Shown here in pieces: positions 28,610 to 32,000 of a stretch of DNA of 32,000 nt. The position numbers and the translations under genes were made by a program. A model generated the notes under the pieces. It was not told where the DNA came from and ran no database searches. It worked only from the letters and a program-made list of their open reading frames with translations. Source of the DNA: a cyanobacterium endosymbiont of Epithemia turgida isolate EtSB Lake Yunoko (GTDB lineage Bacteria > Cyanobacteriota > Cyanobacteriia > Cyanobacteriales > Microcystaceae); contig NZ_AP012549.1 of NCBI RefSeq assembly GCF_000829235.1, positions 240,001 to 272,000 on the forward strand, written 5' to 3'. Positions within the stretch are counted from its first letter, which is position 1, and every line of letters begins with the position of its first letter.

Positions 28610-29008
28610 ATGTATCAGTCGGATTACTCTTTACCTGACTTAGCTCAAGGATCTCTATTACAAGAATTTCTTGAAACTTTGCCGCTCCCATACAAAACCA
28701 TAGTAGCAATCGCCTATTTTACCTCGTCAAGAATTAGTGATATTTTATTGTTAAAAAATAGCGATATCTACCCCAATCAAATTAATATTATAAAATCAGA
28801 ATCTAGTTTAAACAAGTTAGTTCCTATCACTCCCTTATTAAGACCTTATTTAACTATTTATCTTAATGGACTTAAGTCAGAAGAATCAGCTTTTCTTTTT
28901 GTTAATTCCCAAGGAGAACCTTTAAAAAGTTGGCTAGTTTTTCGAGTATTAAACATAACAGCGCGTCAAATTAATCTTCCAGAAGTATATTTTTTTATTC
29001 TTCGTTAA
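28610..29008 (+). pseudogene. Truncated tyrosine recombinase (phage-integrase family) catalytic-domain relic
   Basis: The ORF aligns to the Xer/Int catalytic domain: AYFTSSRISDILLLKNSDI matches LLYATGLRVSELVGLKLSDV (Arg I retained). KLVPITPLLRPYLTIYL matches RLVPLGEEAVYWLETYL. FFILR* sits at the HxLR box with His lost and a stop directly after Arg. The second His and the Tyr nucleophile are missing, and there is no N-terminal core-binding domain. Confidence 0.55.
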
Positions 29009-29287
29009 TTTTTGTAGATAATTGGTTATGTAATTTTAATTGAAATTAAAACGGCTAAAGGTTCCAATTGGTATTGAATTATAAAAAATATTGAGTATAA
29101 AAAAATTAAAGACTTTTTCCATCTTCAGCAATTTCTAACACCCTGTAACCGAATCTTAACTCGATCTAAAAAAAGGTGCTTAAGATTAACTAAATGCGTG
29201 ATAATGGGCAATGCGTCTTTTGATTTGGCCAGGCTGAACCAGAAAACGTAACTTTTTGTATGATGATCAAACTTAAGATTAATTCCG

Positions 29288-31084
29288 ATGCGAACTCATT
29301 ATTGCGGTGACTTACGAGCAACTGATATTAATAAGACCGTTACCCTATTCGGTTGGGTTGATCGCCGAAGAGATCATGGAGGTGTTATCTTTATTGACCT
29401 ACGTGATCGCACAGGAATTGTCCAAATTGTTAGTGACCCCCAACGAACCCCTGACTCTTATCCTGATGCAGAAACCCTGCGTAGCGAATATGTAGTCAAA
29501 ATAGTAGGCTGTGTAAGTAAACGTCCCCCAGAGTCTCTCAACCTGAAATTATTGACTGGAGAAGTGGAAATATATGCTGATAGTATAGAATTACTTAACG
29601 GAGTGGATAAGCAACTTCCCTTTGTGATATCTAGTTTAGAAGCAGAATTAGTCAGAGAAGATGTTCGTCTCAAGTATCGCTATTTGGACTTAAGACGGGA
29701 TTGCATGGCCAAAAACTTGCAATTGCGTCATAGGGTAGTTAAAGCAATACGTCGCTATCTAGAAGATAAACAACAGTTTATGGAGATAGAAACTCCCATT
29801 CTTACTCGTTCTACCCCTGAAGGAGCGCGGGATTATTTAGTTCCTTCCCGTGTTAACCCTGGTCAATGGTATGCTCTACCACAGTCGCCTCAATTGTTTA
29901 AGCAATTATTAATGATATCGGGATATGATCGCTACTATCAGATTGCCCGTTGTTTCCGCGATGAGGATTTACGGGCTGATAGACAACCAGAATTTACTCA
30001 ATTAGACATGGAAATGAGTTTTATGTCCGAAGAGGAAATTTTGGACTTGAATGAGGGATTAGTTTGCTATATTTTTAAAACTGTTAAAGATATAGAAATT
30101 TCCCGCCCCTTTCCTCGTCTAACGTATGCAGAAACTATAGAAAAATATGGGACAGATTGCCCTGATACCCGTTTTGATTTAACCTTAGTTGATGTTTCAA
30201 GTATTGTTAAAGATAGTGGATTTAAAGTTTTTTCTGAGATAATTAAAAATGGTGGAAAAGTAAAAGTTTTACCAATTCCTGGGGGCAATGAAACGATCTC
30301 TAATGTAAGAATTAAACCTGGGGGAGATTTATTTAAAAAAGCTACTGATGCAGGAGCTAAAGGAATTGCTTTTATTCGAGTCAAAGATAATAATACACTT
30401 GATACTATTGGAGCAATTAAAGATAATTTAAGTCAACAACAAAAGGCTGAATTGTTAGCTGTAACACGAGCTAAACCGGGAGATTTATTGCTATTTGGAG
30501 CAGGAAATACAGATACAGTTAATAGATCTTTATCTCGATTGCGATTAGTAATTGGAGAACAATTAGGATTAATCGATCATGAGCAAGTTAATTTACTCTG
30601 GATCACTGAATTCCCCATGTTTGAATGGAATGCCGATGAAAAGCGATTAGAAGCATTGCATCATCCCTTTACTGCACCTAATCCAAAAGATTTACATGAT
30701 CTCAAAACTGCTAGAGCGCAAGCTTATGACTTGGTCTACAATGGAGTAGAAATTGGAGGTGGAAGTCTAAGAATTTATAAAAAAGAAATCCAGGAAAAAG
30801 TACTTACAACTATTGGCTTATCTAAGTCGGAAGTAAACAATAAGTTTGGTTTTTTATTAGAGGCTTTAGAATATGGAACTCCTCCTCATGGTGGTATTGC
30901 CTACGGGTTAGATCGCTTAGTGATGTTGTTAGCCCGAGAAGATTCCATAAGAGATGTTATCGCATTTCCGAAAACCCAACAAGCAAGCTGTTTACTTACA
31001 CAAGCACCGGCTACTGTTGACGACAAACAATTAAAAGAATTACAGGTTCAATCTATTTATAAATCTAAATCTAAAACTAAATAA
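29288..31084 (+). CDS. aspS: Aspartyl-tRNA synthetase (bacterial type, class IIb)
   Basis: 598-aa ORF. It has [10 protein letters not shown]... and the OB anticodon-binding domain, motif 1 [10 protein letters not shown], motif 2 [24 protein letters not shown], and motif 3 [13 protein letters not shown]. The GAD insertion is present. Confidence 0.98.
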   Translation: MRTHYCGDLRATDINKTVTLFGWVDRRRDHGGVIFIDLRDRTGIVQIVSDPQRTPDSYPDAETLRSEYVVKIVGCVSKRPPESLNLKLLTGEVEIYADSIELLNGVDKQLPFVISSLEAELVREDVRLKYRYLDLRRDCMAKNLQLRHRVVKAIRRYLEDKQQFMEIETPILTRSTPEGARDYLVPSRVNPGQWYALPQSPQLFKQLLMISGYDRYYQIARCFRDEDLRADRQPEFTQLDMEMSFMSEEEILDLNEGLVCYIFKTVKDIEISRPFPRLTYAETIEKYGTDCPDTRFDLTLVDVSSIVKDSGFKVFSEIIKNGGKVKVLPIPGGNETISNVRIKPGGDLFKKATDAGAKGIAFIRVKDNNTLDTIGAIKDNLSQQQKAELLAVTRAKPGDLLLFGAGNTDTVNRSLSRLRLVIGEQLGLIDHEQVNLLWITEFPMFEWNADEKRLEALHHPFTAPNPKDLHDLKTARAQAYDLVYNGVEIGGGSLRIYKKEIQEKVLTTIGLSKSEVNNKFGFLLEALEYGTPPHGGIAYGLDRLVMLLAREDSIRDVIAFPKTQQASCLLTQAPATVDDKQLKELQVQSIYKSKSKTK

Positions 31085-31269
31085 TCAAGATAAACTAGTA
31101 ATGAAGTTATTTTACTCAGTATTGCTTCATAAAAACAATACTAGAATTATCGGGTGGTAAGCCTCACTTGATCTAAGTTATAGAGGTAAAACAATGAGCG
31201 GATAACCCATCACAATTAGAGTTTTATACTTCTGATTATTTAGTTTAAAAAGTTATAAGTGGTCAACCA

Positions 31270-31329
31270 CATCCTCTCTATCGAGAGAGTCTAAAAATAC
31301 AATTTTAGACTCTCTCGATAGAGAGGATG
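31270..31329. terminator. Perfect 27-bp-stem hairpin between convergent aspS and the ALDH gene (bidirectional-terminator candidate)
   Basis: CATCCTCTCTATCGAGAGAGTCTAAAA (31270-31296), loop ATACAA, TTTTAGACTCTCTCGATAGAGAGGATG (31303-31329). The arms are exact reverse complements, and each arm also has internal CTCTCT/AGAGAG self-complementarity. Confidence 0.6.
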
Positions 31330-31353
31330 GAAAGGGTGAATTAAATAATTTAC

Positions 31354-32000
31354 TTATAAAATGAAATCAGTAGATAAGAAATTGGACTTATGTTCTCTGA
31401 CGATTTCAGAAATTAATTTTTTATTAATATCAATTTCTTTAGCTGCCACTAAAGTCCGGATGGAAAAAGCTCTTAAAGCATCATTAACCGATAAAGTTCC
31501 TTCTGCAGAATCTTTTCGTCCAGTGAACGGGAAACTATCAGGTCCCCGTTGACATTGACTATTTAGATTAACTCGACAAACTTGATTAACTAAGGGATCA
31601 ACTAATTGAGCGATCTCTTCTGTGTTCTGTCCAAAAATACTTACCTGTTGTCCGTAATCTGACTGCACTAAGTAGTCAATAGTAGTCTCAATATCATCAA
31701 AGGGAACAATGGGAATAACTGGTCCAAATTGTTCGACAGAATAAATTTTCATTTGTTCGTTGACAGGATAAAGAACTGCTGGATAAAAGAAGGTTTCGTT
31801 AATGGTTCCTCCTGCCTCATTAATCACATCAGCCCCATGTTTTTTGGCGTCTTCTACTAAGTCTTGAAGATACTGAGGTTTTCCTCTTTCAGCAATAGGA
31901 GTTAAGAAGACTCCTTCTTCCCACGGCATCCCAAATTTAAGGTTACTAATCGCCTCGATAAACTTGTCTAAAAACTTATCAATAATAGCAGTATGCACGA
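31354..32000 (-). CDS. Aldehyde dehydrogenase family, GapN-like non-phosphorylating NADP-dependent GAPDH (C-terminal part; N-terminus lies beyond the window)
   Basis: The open frame runs off the window end. ...EQFGPVIPIVPFDDIETTIDYLVQSDYGQQVSIFGQNTEE...RGPDSFPFTGRKDSAEGT matches the ALDH/GapN C-terminal half (E.PFGPV.P...v....eAi...N.s.yGLq.siFt.d; RGPDhFPF.G.K.SG.G). Confidence 0.85.
   Translation of the reverse strand, partial: VHTAIIDKFLDKFIEAISNLKFGMPWEEGVFLTPIAERGKPQYLQDLVEDAKKHGADVINEAGGTINETFFYPAVLYPVNEQMKIYSVEQFGPVIPIVPFDDIETTIDYLVQSDYGQQVSIFGQNTEEIAQLVDPLVNQVCRVNLNSQCQRGPDSFPFTGRKDSAEGTLSVNDALRAFSIRTLVAAKEIDINKKLISEIVREHKSNFLSTDFIL

Noticed and set aside
28324-28709. ORFs 28324-28638 (+) and 28488-28709 (-)
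   Set aside because: They are AT-rich and mutually overlapping, and the first overlaps the rbp promoter and 5' UTR. The + strand one contains ...ALSEQERNIL..., which might be a melted linker of the integrase relic, but not a gene in its own right.
29307-30384. ORFs 29307-29495 (+), 29458-29673 (-) and 30067-30384 (-)
   Set aside because: They are alternative-frame or antisense ORFs inside aspS, which has all three class II motifs in its own frame.
31361-31552. 63-aa + strand ORF
   Set aside because: It is antisense within the GapN-like ALDH gene.
1-32000. Search for tRNA, rRNA, tmRNA, CRISPR arrays, IS elements, toxin-antitoxin pairs and defence islands
   Set aside because: I saw no cloverleaf-compatible GC-rich islands, no regularly spaced direct repeats, no transposase-like ORF and no terminal inverted repeats flanking an ORF. 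The long inverted repeats are all unique hairpins with 1-13-nt loops or none, not IS ends.

Overview
This window is a cyanobacterial chromosome segment. It carries intact housekeeping genes: NDH-1 ndhF, secA, nadA, hemN, aspS, an RRM-type RNA-binding protein, a SulP/STAS permease, a SepF-like protein, Mini-RNase III, a STAS antagonist, a GapN-like ALDH and others. The architecture is unusual. Tallying ORF coordinates, only about 17.9 of 32 kb (about 56%) is intact coding sequence. The genes are separated by ten spacers of 0.7-2.1 kb that are extremely AT-rich: a hand tally of 2221-2400 gives 25 G+C in 180 nt, about 14%, against about 37-38% in two 60-nt samples of secA. Reading the spacers in six frames, I could recognise four decayed genes. 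They are a 5'-deleted pyruvate formate-lyase (pflB) relic that still shows the glycyl-radical motif, a Wza/SLBB-type polysaccharide-export relic, a carbon-nitrogen hydrolase (N-carbamoylputrescine-amidase-like) relic, and a truncated tyrosine-recombinase relic. Other notable signals are several 15-27 bp perfect inverted repeats, some of them orphaned in the middle of spacers. There is also one dispersed repeat pair of about 53 nt, strand-asymmetric A-rich and T-rich blocks, and apparent erosion of the cyanobacterial HIP1 octamer (one intact GCGATCGC plus four copies of the same transition variant). I found no tRNA, rRNA, CRISPR array, intact mobile element, or convincing defence or novel multi-gene system. 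The main biological story is reductive genome evolution, consistent with, but not proven to be, an endosymbiotic or otherwise genome-eroding relative of the Crocosphaera/Cyanothece group. All homology statements come from my memory of protein families, not from searches.
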